A DNA stretch of 64,000 nucleotides from an uncultured Thiotrichales bacterium. Its GTDB lineage: Bacteria > Pseudomonadota > Gammaproteobacteria > GCA-2400775. Below are positions 19,944 to 29,255 of this stretch, one piece after another. Position numbers and translations under genes: made by a program. Within the stretch, counting starts at the first letter, position 1; every line of letters starts with the position of its first letter. The stretch is from assembly GCA_964617475.1 (NCBI GenBank), contig CAZTYM010000007.1, forward strand, positions 9,523-73,522. The letters are read 5' to 3'. The notes under the pieces were generated by a model, which saw only the letters and a list, made by a program, of their open reading frames with translations, had not been told where the DNA came from and searched no databases.

Positions 19944-20489
19944 CTAAGTATCTCGTTGCCAATAGACTTCTTTCCCACCATTACTACGTGCGATAACGCG
20001 AGCCATGACAAACAATAAATCAGATAAACGGTTTAAATAACGTAATGCCTGAGGATTAACAGGCTCAAGCCGGTTAAGGGAGACCAATAAGCGCTCTGCT
20101 CGGCGACTGATAGCTCTTGCCACGTGACAATGTGCCGCAGCTTGACTGCCGCCGGGTAAAATAAACTCTTTTAGCGGGGGCAAATCTTCGTTGAGGGTAT
20201 CGATATAGGTTTCAAGTTGCGCAACATGTGATTCGGTAATCATCACATGTCCAGGAATACAAAGTTCGCCACCAAGGTCGAATAAACGATGCTGAATCGT
20301 GCTGAGATAAGTACCAACCTGGTCAGGAATATCATCACTAATTACTAAACCGATAAACGAATTAGTTTCATCCACGCTGCCATAACACTCAACACGAATA
20401 TGGTCTTTATCAATACGGCTACCGTCACCAAGACCTGTGCTACCGTCATCGCCAGTACAGGTGTAGATCTTGGTTAAGCGGTTACCCAT
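19944..20489 (-). CDS. pduO: ATP:cob(I)alamin adenosyltransferase, PduO type
   Basis: 181 aa. The N-terminus KIYTCTGDDGSTGL matches the PduO/MMAB signature T-x-T-G-D-x-G-x-T. It is downstream of btuB. Confidence 0.9.
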   Translation of the reverse strand: MGNRLTKIYTCTGDDGSTGLGDGSRIDKDHIRVECYGSVDETNSFIGLVISDDIPDQVGTYLSTIQHRLFDLGGELCIPGHVMITESHVAQLETYIDTLNEDLPPLKEFILPGGSQAAAHCHVARAISRRAERLLVSLNRLEPVNPQALRYLNRLSDLLFVMARVIARSNGGKEVYWQRDT

Positions 20490-20506
20490 GGTGTAATACT
20501 TGCGGT

Positions 20507-22321
20507 TTAGTTATCCCCAGTATAGCGGAACTCGATGAAATAGCTTCGATCAGGTGTGTTGAAGTTAGCAGCAGTTTCATATTGATTGTCAAATAAGTTC
20601 TCAACTTTAAGTGCCAGGCTATGTTGGGGCGTCACTTGGTAATTGACACCAGTATTTACTAATAAATAGCCGCCATTAACTTCCGTACTAAACTCGGAAT
20701 CATTGCGTCTGCTTGTTAACAGCATATCCGCACTATAGCTTAGTTTACCTGATCGATAAGCAATATTTGAGGTAAGGCTACGTTTGGCGCGACGAGCTAA
20801 TGTACGCCCGGTTTGATCGTTTACCGGGTTTTGGAATATCACTGAGGCGCTATATGTTAGATTGTCGGCATAGCCTTGGTAGCCAATTTCTAGACCTTCA
20901 ATGGTGGCTTCGTCGATGTTGACGTTTTCTCCAGGCTCAGGCCCCAGAAAACCATCAGGATCATTAAAGCTGATTAAATCATCGATTTTATTTCTAAATG
21001 CAGCAACTTCAAGTACACCGTTTGGCGAAAATTGATGCTGTAGGTTGAGTTCAATGTTTTGAGACACTTCTGGATCCAGGTTGACGTTGCCGCCAAATCC
21101 GAAGCGATCAGTTGCGTCAGGTGCGCGAAACGCTCTACCTGCGCTGGCGCCGATACGGGTGCTGTTACTAAGTTTATAAGCATATTCAACACTCCATGTG
21201 AACTCGCTGCCAAAATCACTATGATCAGTGAGTCTTCCGCCTACATTAAGCTGATGGTCACCGAGCGTGATTTGATCTTGAACGAAAAGGCCGTTGGTAT
21301 CCGTGTCTTCATCGAATGTGGTGCCAAATGATGCCGATTCGTTGTCCTCACGAGTTAGCAGAACGCCAACGCTAAGCAAGTTGTTGTGTAATTCGATATC
21401 GTTTTGCACATCCAAAATCCAGTTTTTGGTTCTGACAAAATCTGCGCTTTGGTTTTGTGATATGTCGTCGGTAACAAAGCTGAGTTTGGCTGTGGTGTCG
21501 ACGGTAGGTGAGAAATCAAAAAGTGCTTTTAATGTGGAAGTGCTGTTTGTTTGATCCTGGTCAAGTGGCGAAAGAAAAAAGTCTAAATACTCCGTATTGC
21601 TGTCCGCTTGCCAATGGCTGAGTTCAATATCGACAATACCGAACTCTTTACCGACATAGGCGTTAAAAGACTGGTTGATATAACCGCGGTCGATATTCGA
21701 TTCAGTGCGTGATGGGAAACCACGGGTGCTGATACCAGATAAATCGATGCCGCCATAAATGTTGTTGCTACGGTGGTGAATGCTGGCACTGCCGCGTTTG
21801 GTATCAAAGCTGCCTGCTGAGAGGTAAGCAGAGCTGCTTGTGCCTGCGGATTTACCGCGTTTAGTGATAATGTTTATCACGCCGCCAATAGCATTATTGC
21901 CGTACAAGACAGAACGAGGGCCTTTTACTATTTCGATCTGCTCGATTAGGTTCGGGTCGATATTCCATATAGCCGCGCCACCAATAGTGCCAGGGTTGAT
22001 GCGAACGCCATCAACAAGCACTAAAGTGTGGTTACTTTCCGCCCCGCGTATAAATGCTGAGGTTACTTGGCCTGGACCACCATTGCGGCCAATATCAATG
22101 CCAGCATTAAAGCGTAATAAGTCAGCAATGTCGATTGCTTGGCTGCGCTCGATTTCCTCTTTATCAATCACAATAACGGGAGCTAAGGTGTCGCCGACGG
22201 CTTGTGGAGTACGTGTTGCGCTAACAACGACTTTGTCTAATTCATCGCGGCCTTGTTCTGCGTAGATTTGGGCTGAAGCACTTAGACAGGCAGTAAGTAT
22301 AGTTATAAAACGGATATTCAT
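20507..22321 (-). CDS. btuB: TonB-dependent vitamin B12 outer-membrane receptor BtuB
   Basis: 604 aa with a signal peptide, a TonB box DKVVVSATR, a plug domain (IEIVKGPRSVLYG) and a beta-barrel. A cobalamin riboswitch lies directly upstream. Confidence 0.9.
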   Translation of the reverse strand: MNIRFITILTACLSASAQIYAEQGRDELDKVVVSATRTPQAVGDTLAPVIVIDKEEIERSQAIDIADLLRFNAGIDIGRNGGPGQVTSAFIRGAESNHTLVLVDGVRINPGTIGGAAIWNIDPNLIEQIEIVKGPRSVLYGNNAIGGVINIITKRGKSAGTSSSAYLSAGSFDTKRGSASIHHRSNNIYGGIDLSGISTRGFPSRTESNIDRGYINQSFNAYVGKEFGIVDIELSHWQADSNTEYLDFFLSPLDQDQTNSTSTLKALFDFSPTVDTTAKLSFVTDDISQNQSADFVRTKNWILDVQNDIELHNNLLSVGVLLTREDNESASFGTTFDEDTDTNGLFVQDQITLGDHQLNVGGRLTDHSDFGSEFTWSVEYAYKLSNSTRIGASAGRAFRAPDATDRFGFGGNVNLDPEVSQNIELNLQHQFSPNGVLEVAAFRNKIDDLISFNDPDGFLGPEPGENVNIDEATIEGLEIGYQGYADNLTYSASVIFQNPVNDQTGRTLARRAKRSLTSNIAYRSGKLSYSADMLLTSRRNDSEFSTEVNGGYLLVNTGVNYQVTPQHSLALKVENLFDNQYETAANFNTPDRSYFIEFRYTGDN

Positions 22322-22399
22322 GTTTCTAGTTCCTTATGCGCACACCCGCGCATGTTTTTATGGCAGAGGAATAGAAACGAAAGAGGAATATCAATCGTG

Positions 22400-22625
22400 T
22401 CTGGTTGCCCTCCGCAACGTTATTGACAAAAGCGTTAGGCCGGTCTCCGGACTCGCGAGGCTATATTCATGCGCCTTCCCATGTGTGGACACAGTGGCGT
22501 GCTGCAGGAATAACTCGCTTACCGTTGCGGGGGCAGTGTCGGGTTTGCTAATAATTAAGATTACTAATTATAGTTATGCGCACCGACTTCCCGTTTAACT
22601 TTGGTTTTAGCCAAAGCACCTAAGG
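22400..22625 (-). promoter_or_regulatory. Cobalamin (B12) riboswitch in the btuB leader
   Basis: The minus strand shows GGTGCTTTGG...AAACGGGAAGTCGGTGCG...CCGACACTGCCCCCGCAACGGTAA...GCCACTG...GGGAAGGC. It also shows the B12 box AGTCCGGAGACCGGCC, which is the complement of 22438-22453. All are conserved core elements of the cobalamin riboswitch. Confidence 0.9.
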
Positions 22626-22638
22626 CAGTGAGGTGACC

Positions 22639-22666
22639 ACTATAGTCGATAATTTTAAAAACGCAA
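22639..22666 (-). promoter_or_regulatory. Candidate sigma-70 promoter for the riboswitch-btuB operon
   Basis: The minus strand reads TTGCGT, then 16 nt, then TATAGT. It lies just upstream of the riboswitch 5' end and just downstream of the preceding gene's stop (22678). Confidence 0.4.
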
Positions 22667-22677
22667 GCAGGGTTTGC

Positions 22678-23319
22678 TTAAGATGAGGTTGTCGGTGGTA
22701 GTGTGATTTCTTCCAGCAGTGCTAAGTCGGTAGGTCTGTCGATATCATTGAGTGATTTTTGAGTTTGCCAAGACCAGCCTAAGTCATTGAGTCGACGGGA
22801 TGTTTCAGTAAATACCGTATCATCACCCCAGGCAATATTTGTAAAAAGCTGGGCGTCAACTTTATTTGCACCGAGCATAACGTAGCCACCATCTTTGGCT
22901 GGTATGATAACGCACTCACCGCCATTATTTAGTTGATCAATGCAATCGGTAATGTTTTGCTCTGTCAAAAATGGACAGTCGGTGCCGACTATAATGGCTT
23001 GCTTGCTGTGGCCTAATACTTGTTCAATAGCGTGAAACATGCGGTCGCCCAAGTTGTCGCCTTGTTGTTCAAGCAATACGACAGGGAAGCGTTGTTCGCA
23101 GTGAGCAAAGAAAGCATGTCGCTTGCTCGGTGCACACCATAGCTCTGCTTTAATGTGATCGAATTTGTTTACTACCTTACTAATCCATTCAAGTGTGTAG
23201 AGAACTAAGCGTTCATGTAACTCGGCGGCTTGCACTTGGCTCAGTTCGGTTGTTAAACGTGTTTTTACTTTGCCAGGCTCAGGGGCTTTGGCAAAAATAA
23301 TGATAGTGGCCTGGTTCAA
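22678..23319 (-). CDS. DUF2064 / TIGR04282-type nucleotidyl- or glycosyltransferase-like protein (arsenosugar-cluster associated)
   Basis: 213 aa. The N-terminus IIIFAKAPEPGKVKTRL is characteristic of the DUF2064 family. It has a TTG start 4 nt after the upstream GT2 gene. Confidence 0.65.
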   Translation of the reverse strand: MNQATIIIFAKAPEPGKVKTRLTTELSQVQAAELHERLVLYTLEWISKVVNKFDHIKAELWCAPSKRHAFFAHCEQRFPVVLLEQQGDNLGDRMFHAIEQVLGHSKQAIIVGTDCPFLTEQNITDCIDQLNNGGECVIIPAKDGGYVMLGANKVDAQLFTNIAWGDDTVFTETSRRLNDLGWSWQTQKSLNDIDRPTDLALLEEITLPPTTSS

Positions 23320-23323
23320 GAGC

Positions 23324-24001
23324 TTAGGTGTCGTATTGTTGTTTTAATTGATCTGGGTCAACACCTAAAAAATAGGCTAACCGCAACTTCCACATCAGTG
23401 TGATAGTGCGCCAAAAACCTTGATTTTCCCAACGTCGACTTGAGGTAATCACGCGCTGCTTAAGACAGACAGGTGAGCTAAAGTGTTTTAAGCGCTTACT
23501 CAGTGCAACATCTTCCATTAATTGAATATCTGGGAATTGTCCTGCCTGCTGGAAGATTTCTCGTAAGACGAACATGGCTTGATCACCGGTGGCAATGCCG
23601 GTCAATCTTGAGCGTTGATTCATCATAAATTCGATAATGCGCAGCCACATATGCTGACCGCTAAGGCGCACATCAAACCGTCCCCATTTCTTCTGGCTGT
23701 TATCTAGCGCCGTAGTAGTGATATTCGCAGCATCATCGGGTAGTAGCGTGTCAGCATGGAGAAATAACAAAACATCTGCGCTGCTGAGTGATGCGCCATG
23801 GTTCATTTGCTGGGCTCGACCGCGCTCTGATGAGACGACTTGATCGGCTAAAAGTTTGGCGAGCTCAACGCTATTATCGTCACTGCCACCGTCAACAACG
23901 ATAACTTGATGGCCTTGTTGCCTCAGGGTTTGTAATGGTGTGAGCGTCGCCGTTATGCGTTCAGCTTCGTTAAGACAAGGAACGATAACGGCGATTTGCA
24001 C
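23324..24001 (-). CDS. Family 2 glycosyltransferase, TIGR04283-type (arsenosugar-cluster associated)
   Basis: 225 aa. It has the GT-A N-terminus IAVIVPCLNEAE and VVDGGSDDNS (DxD-like). It has a GTG start and is paired with a DUF2064 gene, as these two families usually are. Confidence 0.7.
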   Translation of the reverse strand: MQIAVIVPCLNEAERITATLTPLQTLRQQGHQVIVVDGGSDDNSVELAKLLADQVVSSERGRAQQMNHGASLSSADVLLFLHADTLLPDDAANITTTALDNSQKKWGRFDVRLSGQHMWLRIIEFMMNQRSRLTGIATGDQAMFVLREIFQQAGQFPDIQLMEDVALSKRLKHFSSPVCLKQRVITSSRRWENQGFWRTITLMWKLRLAYFLGVDPDQLKQQYDT

Positions 24002-24030
24002 GATTGGGTAAGTGGATTAATTTTGGATGT

Positions 24031-25086
24031 TTAACAACAGCTGGTTTTGTCGTTAGCGGCTGGGACACAACAGGCTGGGCCATCGGTGTCAGTATCGACA
24101 AACTCGTCGCCAAAGGCGCCGCTATTTAAGCCAGTAAAAGTTTCAGCGCTGATTTTGGTTTTCTCGCCGCGGATAAAGATATTGCCGTGATCATCACAAA
24201 CTTCTGCAAACGGGCCTTTGTAGATCACTTCACGACCCGCGTTGCTATCTATACTCAGGGGTTTACTTGCGGTTAGCGTGACAGATCGGAATTCAATGTT
24301 TTCGACCACTTTCCATGGAGCTACATCCCACTTGTCATAGCGCGCGCCAACGAAGCCAACATCGGTAAATACGTCGGCAAATTCTTGTTCTTGAAAAGCG
24401 CCCGAAATACAGCCGCTCCAGAGTTCTGGATCCGCCTTCAAATGTTCAGGCACAAACTGATCGCTAACGATGTCTGAAATAGCGACGCGGCCGCCTGGCT
24501 TAAGCACGCGGAATATTTCTCTAATGAGCTGATTTTTTTCGGCATCACTGACGAGATTTAGTACGCAGTTCGAAATAACAAGATCAACGCTATTATCAGC
24601 AATTAAAGGTGCGTTTTTACGTTGTTTGGTTTGCCAAGCAGTCATGGCTTGGTAAGCACCAAGGTTATTTGCTGGATTTTCGCTGAGATATTTATCTAAG
24701 GCTTCAAGATCTAGCGCGAGATCTTGGATATGACCTTTAACAAACTGTACACGGTCACCACCGATCTTTTCTGCCATTTCGGCTTGGTATTTGCGTGCTA
24801 GACCAAGCATATCGTCATTCATATCAATGCCAATGACTTTGCCGTTTTCGCCAGCTAAGTGGGCCGCCATATAGCATATTTTCCCGCCGCCGCTACCAAG
24901 ATCAACCACCGTATCGCCTTCGCGGACATAACGAGAAGGGTCGCCACAGCCATAGTCTTTTTCGACAATTTCTTGTGGCAGCATTTTTAGCAGACTAGTG
25001 TCGTAATCAACAGGACAGCAAAGATCGGCTTGCACTTCTTTAGCGCCATCAGAATAGGTAGAAAGAACGGCGGATTGCATATTCAT
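24031..25086 (-). CDS. arsM: SAM-dependent arsenite methyltransferase ArsM-like
   Basis: It has SAM motif I VVDLGSGGGK. All four ArsM-type cysteine positions are visible: DLCCP, YGCGDP, SNCVLNL and SGCISGA. It has a Cys-rich tail CCVPAANDKTSCC. Confidence 0.8.
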   Translation of the reverse strand: MNMQSAVLSTYSDGAKEVQADLCCPVDYDTSLLKMLPQEIVEKDYGCGDPSRYVREGDTVVDLGSGGGKICYMAAHLAGENGKVIGIDMNDDMLGLARKYQAEMAEKIGGDRVQFVKGHIQDLALDLEALDKYLSENPANNLGAYQAMTAWQTKQRKNAPLIADNSVDLVISNCVLNLVSDAEKNQLIREIFRVLKPGGRVAISDIVSDQFVPEHLKADPELWSGCISGAFQEQEFADVFTDVGFVGARYDKWDVAPWKVVENIEFRSVTLTASKPLSIDSNAGREVIYKGPFAEVCDDHGNIFIRGEKTKISAETFTGLNSGAFGDEFVDTDTDGPACCVPAANDKTSCC

Positions 25087-25110
25087 GAAAAATACTCCAA
25101 AAAATAAATT

Positions 25111-26076
25111 TTAAGCGGCATCTAAGGCGCCACCACAACTACTGCCTTGGCCAGCGGTGCAACCATAGCAGTGGTTTTTTACAACAATTTTATAACCTTC
25201 TATTGAGGTATCCATTAAATCGGTAATATGAGTGCGTTGTTGCTCGTTTGAAAGAGGTAGATCGAGCATTTGGTTAAAATCGCAATCATAAACATAGCCT
25301 TGCCAATCGACGCTGATCAGGCTGCGGCACATCACGGAACTCAAGTTGCCGGCCTGATGGGCTGAGCGCAGTAAGTCCATGTAGTCGTCAAAGGTGCCCT
25401 TAGAGATCAGCATGCTACCAAAACGTTTGATAGGCATATTGGCAATAGTAAACAGGCGGTTAAAGTACACGCCGAATTCATTTTCCAGATGCTCGTGGTA
25501 GGCTGCTTCCAATTCTTGCTGCGGTGGTGGCAGCGTTGGGCCTTGTGGGTTGTAGACCAGGTCTAGGTTTAGGTCAGAATTTTCTTGGCCATAGCCTAGT
25601 GCGTTGAGCATTTCCAAGCCTTTAATACTGGCACCGAAAACACCTTTACCGCGTTGGGCATCAACGTTATCGCCGATATAACAAGGCAGTGAGGCGACTA
25701 TGTCGACCTGATTTTCGGCTAAAAATTCAGCCGTACCTTCATAGCCTGGTTCAGATAAAATAGTGAGGTTACAGCGATCCATCACTTTTAAGCCCATATC
25801 ACGTGCTGTGCTAACAAGGTAACGGAAGTTTTCATTCATTTCCGGAGCACCGCCGGTCAGGTCGATGGTTTTTGCGCCGCAGACGGCTAAGTAGTCGATA
25901 ATTTGATCGACAGTCTCGCGGGTCATGTTCTCAGTGCGTGTGGGACCAGCGTTTACATGGCAATGTAAGCAACTTTGATTGCATAAATAGCCTAAATTGA
26001 TCTGTACTGTTTCTAGGTTGGCGCGTCGTAGCGCCGGGAAGGTAGTCTTTTCTAAGCGTGGTAAAGTCGGATGCAT
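25111..26076 (-). CDS. arsS: Radical SAM / Cys-rich protein ArsS-like (arsenosugar biosynthesis type)
   Basis: It has the radical SAM motif CNQSCLHC (CxxxCxxC). The C-terminal Cys-rich motif HCYGCTAGQGSSCGG is typical of the ArsS family. It is directly upstream of arsM. Confidence 0.8.
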   Translation of the reverse strand: MHPTLPRLEKTTFPALRRANLETVQINLGYLCNQSCLHCHVNAGPTRTENMTRETVDQIIDYLAVCGAKTIDLTGGAPEMNENFRYLVSTARDMGLKVMDRCNLTILSEPGYEGTAEFLAENQVDIVASLPCYIGDNVDAQRGKGVFGASIKGLEMLNALGYGQENSDLNLDLVYNPQGPTLPPPQQELEAAYHEHLENEFGVYFNRLFTIANMPIKRFGSMLISKGTFDDYMDLLRSAHQAGNLSSVMCRSLISVDWQGYVYDCDFNQMLDLPLSNEQQRTHITDLMDTSIEGYKIVVKNHCYGCTAGQGSSCGGALDAA

Positions 26077-26416
26077 CGTGTTCTCATTGTGTCGATATGC
26101 GTGACCCTAAAGCATAGCCGACGCATTTATCAAGAAGTATCACATGGTCGTAACAGCTTGTTTAACCTTACAATCCTACATCGAATGGGCTTTGCTGACC
26201 AGTAAGTTACCGCTTAATACTACGACAAAGTTGCTCGGTGGCGGTTGCTTGGCTATCATAGCCCGTTTTTTGGGTCGAACCGGGTCGAGAGGCTAGTTCT
26301 CCCACCCGAATTTACTGTGTGGCGGTGTCGCGCAGGTTCAGCATATCTAAAATAGTTCAAAATCGGCTTAAACCTATTATTAGAACGTTGCACCCGATTT
26401 TTCAGGAGGCTTGTGC

Positions 26417-27562
26417 ATGTCAGTTAGACTAGGTGTCCCGACCGAGACCGCGGCGGGTGAACACCGTGTGGCATTGGTGCCAGACGTAGTATCACGTTTA
26501 GTCAAAAATGGTTACGAAGTACTGGTTGAGAAGGGCGCAGGAATACGCGCGCATTTTGTCGACTCAGCATACGAAGACGCGGGCGCGAAGTTGGTAGACA
26601 GCGCTAACGATGTTATCTCGCAAGCCAATTTGCTATTGAAAGTTGCTCCGCCTAGTGATGCTGAGATTGCTGCCATGCCAGAAGGTGCGGCGGTTATGGG
26701 TTATATGGACGCTTATAACGGCGCTGACCGCATTGCTAGCCTAAACCAACGTAAGATTACCTCATTCTCCATGGAGCTCGTGCCTCGTATTACCCGTGCG
26801 CAAGCAATGGATTCTTTATCTTCTCAAGCAACGATTGCTGGTTATCGCGCAGCGTTGATTGGTGCACAGCTAAGTGGCCGCTTTTTCCCGATGTTGACTA
26901 CCGCAGCGGGCACCATTCGTCCAGCTAAGGTCTTGATCATGGGCGCAGGTGTTGCCGGTCTGCAGGCCATTGCTACGGCGAGACGTTTAGGTGCTGTGGT
27001 AGAAGCTTATGACGTACGCCGCGCGGCTGGTGAGCAGGTTGAGTCCTTAGGCGCTAAATTTCTCGCTTTAGAGCTGGATGCTGAGGGTGAAGGCGGTTAT
27101 GCCCGTGAACTTACCGCCGAAGAGAAAGTGCGTGAACAAGAGATGTTGAATAAGCATGTTTCGCAAGCAGATGTGGTAATCACCACTGCGCAAATACCAG
27201 GTCGTGCAGCACCGAAGCTGATTTCCAAAGATATGGTCGAAATCATGAAACCTGGTGCTGTTATTGTTGATTTGGCCGCGGAATCAGGTGGGAACTGCGA
27301 ACTTACCCTAGCGGGTGAGACTGTTACTCATGATGGCGTGATCATTAATGGACCAACGGCAATTGCCAGTAGTTTACCGGTGCACGCCAGTGAAATGTAC
27401 GCCAAAAACCTGCTTAACTTTATTAACTTGTTTAGCAACGACGACGGAAAACTTACCTTTGATTGGGAAGATGAAGTGATTGCTGGCAGCGTTTTAACCC
27501 ACGAAGGTGAAATTAAACATGCGGCAGTGCGTGAAGCACTGGGCGCGGGAGCAAACTCATGA
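26417..27562 (+). CDS. pntAA: NAD(P) transhydrogenase subunit alpha, part 1
   Basis: It has an alanine-dehydrogenase-like fold with GAGVAGLQAIATARRLGA. AGGAGG lies 6 nt upstream of the ATG at 26417, whereas the track ORF starts at a TTG at 26411. Confidence 0.95.
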   Translation: MSVRLGVPTETAAGEHRVALVPDVVSRLVKNGYEVLVEKGAGIRAHFVDSAYEDAGAKLVDSANDVISQANLLLKVAPPSDAEIAAMPEGAAVMGYMDAYNGADRIASLNQRKITSFSMELVPRITRAQAMDSLSSQATIAGYRAALIGAQLSGRFFPMLTTAAGTIRPAKVLIMGAGVAGLQAIATARRLGAVVEAYDVRRAAGEQVESLGAKFLALELDAEGEGGYARELTAEEKVREQEMLNKHVSQADVVITTAQIPGRAAPKLISKDMVEIMKPGAVIVDLAAESGGNCELTLAGETVTHDGVIINGPTAIASSLPVHASEMYAKNLLNFINLFSNDDGKLTFDWEDEVIAGSVLTHEGEIKHAAVREALGAGANS

Positions 27563-27855
27563 TGATTGAAGGCGTTTGGGCCGCTTTATTTATAGTGATG
27601 TTGGCAGGTTTCGCTGGCTACGAAGTGATTAGCCGAGTGCCAGTGATTTTACATACCCCATTAATGTCGGGTTCTAACTTTGTGCATGGCATTGTGCTGG
27701 TGGGTGCCATGGTTGTCTTGGGGCATGCTGAGACGGGCTTAGAGCAAACCATTGGTTTTATCGCCGTTGTTTTGGCTGCGGGCAATGCTGCTGGCGGTTA
27801 TGTAGCCACCGAGCGAATGCTCGAGATGTTTGAAGAAAAGAATAAAAGGAAATAG
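27559..27855 (+). CDS. pntAB: NAD(P) transhydrogenase subunit alpha, part 2 (membrane)
   Basis: It is a 98-aa hydrophobic protein between pntAA and pntB. Its start overlaps the pntAA stop by 4 nt. Confidence 0.9.
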   Translation: MMIEGVWAALFIVMLAGFAGYEVISRVPVILHTPLMSGSNFVHGIVLVGAMVVLGHAETGLEQTIGFIAVVLAAGNAAGGYVATERMLEMFEEKNKRK

Positions 27856-27857
27856 CC

Positions 27858-29231
27858 GTGGAACACGTTATACAAGCTGCGTATTTCATTGCTGCAGCAC
27901 TTTTTATATTTGGCTTACGCCAGATGTCGTCACCGAAGACGGCACGCAACGGTATTCTTTGGGCCGGTGGTGCAATGGGCTTGGCTGTTGTTGTTACCTT
28001 CTTTATGCCTGGTTTGCACAATATTGGCTTGATTCTATTAGCGGTCGTTATCGGTACTGCCGCCGCATGGATATCCGCTAAGCGTGTAGAAATGACCAAT
28101 ATGCCGCAGATGGTGGCCATCTATAACGGTTTAGGTGGCGGCGCGGCAGCAGCGATTGCAGCAGTAGAATTATTCCGTGGTCAGCTGCATGCAGCGGATC
28201 AAACTGTATTGATATTGCTTGCAGTCATTGGTGGTTTGATTGGTGCCATCGCATTCAGTGGCAGCATGGTGGCCTTTGCCAAACTACAGCGTTTAATTAG
28301 CGAACGACCGATGACGTTTTCTAATCAGCAAATGGTTAACTTGGCGGTGTTGGCGATCGCTGTGGTTACCGGTTTTATACTGTTATTTACCGATGCGTCG
28401 CCAATCATTGTGATTTTCTTTGCTGCAGCCCTGGCTTTTGGTGTGATGATGACCTTGCCCATTGGTGGTGCCGATATGCCGGTGGTGATTTCACTTTATA
28501 ACGCCTTAACGGGTATGGCGGTGGCCTTTGAAGGTTTTGCTCTAGGTAATGCGGCAATGATTGTTGCGGGTACCGTGGTGGGTGCTGCCGGTACGCTGCT
28601 CACGCAGTTGATGGCTAAGGCCATGAATAGACCATTATCCAATGTTTTATTCGGTGCCTTTGGTGGCGATCAAGATGGTGGTGATACAGAAGTCACAGGT
28701 TCATTAAAAGAAATCGAGCCTGATGATGCGGCCATTATGATGGGTTATGCCGGCAAAGTGATTATCGTTACCGGTTACGGTATGGCGATGGCGCAGGCTC
28801 AGCATAAGGTGTTTGAGTTGGCCCAGCAGCTTGAAGAAAAAGGTGTCGAAGTGAAATTTGCTATCCATCCGGTTGCCGGCCGTATGCCAGGCCATATGAA
28901 TGTGTTATTGGCCGAGGCGGGTGTGCCTTATGACAAACTATTTGATTTAGAAGAGATCAATGCTGAGTTTCAAAGTACCGATGTCAGCTTGGTGATCGGT
29001 GCTAATGATGTGGTTAACCCTGCTGCGCGTAGCAATAGTGCTAGTCCAATCTACGGTATGCCCATTCTGGATGTGGATTACTCCGGTAACGTTCTGGTCA
29101 TCAAGCGTGGCCGTGGTAAAGGCTTCGCCGGTATCGAAAATGAGCTATTTTATGCTGATAACACCCGCATGCTCTATGGCGATGCTCAAAGTATGGTTAA
29201 CGAGTTGGTGCAGAGCGTTAAACAACTTTAG
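27858..29231 (+). CDS. pntB: NAD(P) transhydrogenase subunit beta
   Basis: 457 aa. It has an N-terminal membrane domain and a C-terminal NADP(H) domain (GYGMAMAQAQH, IGANDVVNPAA). Confidence 0.97.
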   Translation: MEHVIQAAYFIAAALFIFGLRQMSSPKTARNGILWAGGAMGLAVVVTFFMPGLHNIGLILLAVVIGTAAAWISAKRVEMTNMPQMVAIYNGLGGGAAAAIAAVELFRGQLHAADQTVLILLAVIGGLIGAIAFSGSMVAFAKLQRLISERPMTFSNQQMVNLAVLAIAVVTGFILLFTDASPIIVIFFAAALAFGVMMTLPIGGADMPVVISLYNALTGMAVAFEGFALGNAAMIVAGTVVGAAGTLLTQLMAKAMNRPLSNVLFGAFGGDQDGGDTEVTGSLKEIEPDDAAIMMGYAGKVIIVTGYGMAMAQAQHKVFELAQQLEEKGVEVKFAIHPVAGRMPGHMNVLLAEAGVPYDKLFDLEEINAEFQSTDVSLVIGANDVVNPAARSNSASPIYGMPILDVDYSGNVLVIKRGRGKGFAGIENELFYADNTRMLYGDAQSMVNELVQSVKQL

Positions 29232-29255
29232 TTAATTTGCTTGCGAAAAACGGAA

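Noticed and set aside
22320-22598. A 92-aa plus-strand ORF upstream of btuB.
   Set aside because: It lies exactly over the minus-strand cobalamin riboswitch. The region is explained by conserved RNA motifs, and the ORF has no RBS or protein-like features.
22678-26076. Reading the arsM-containing cluster as a conventional arsenic-resistance (ars) operon.
   Set aside because: There is no arsR, arsB/acr3, arsC or arsA nearby. The partners (radical SAM ArsS-type protein plus two transferases) fit a biosynthetic rather than a detoxification-efflux arrangement.
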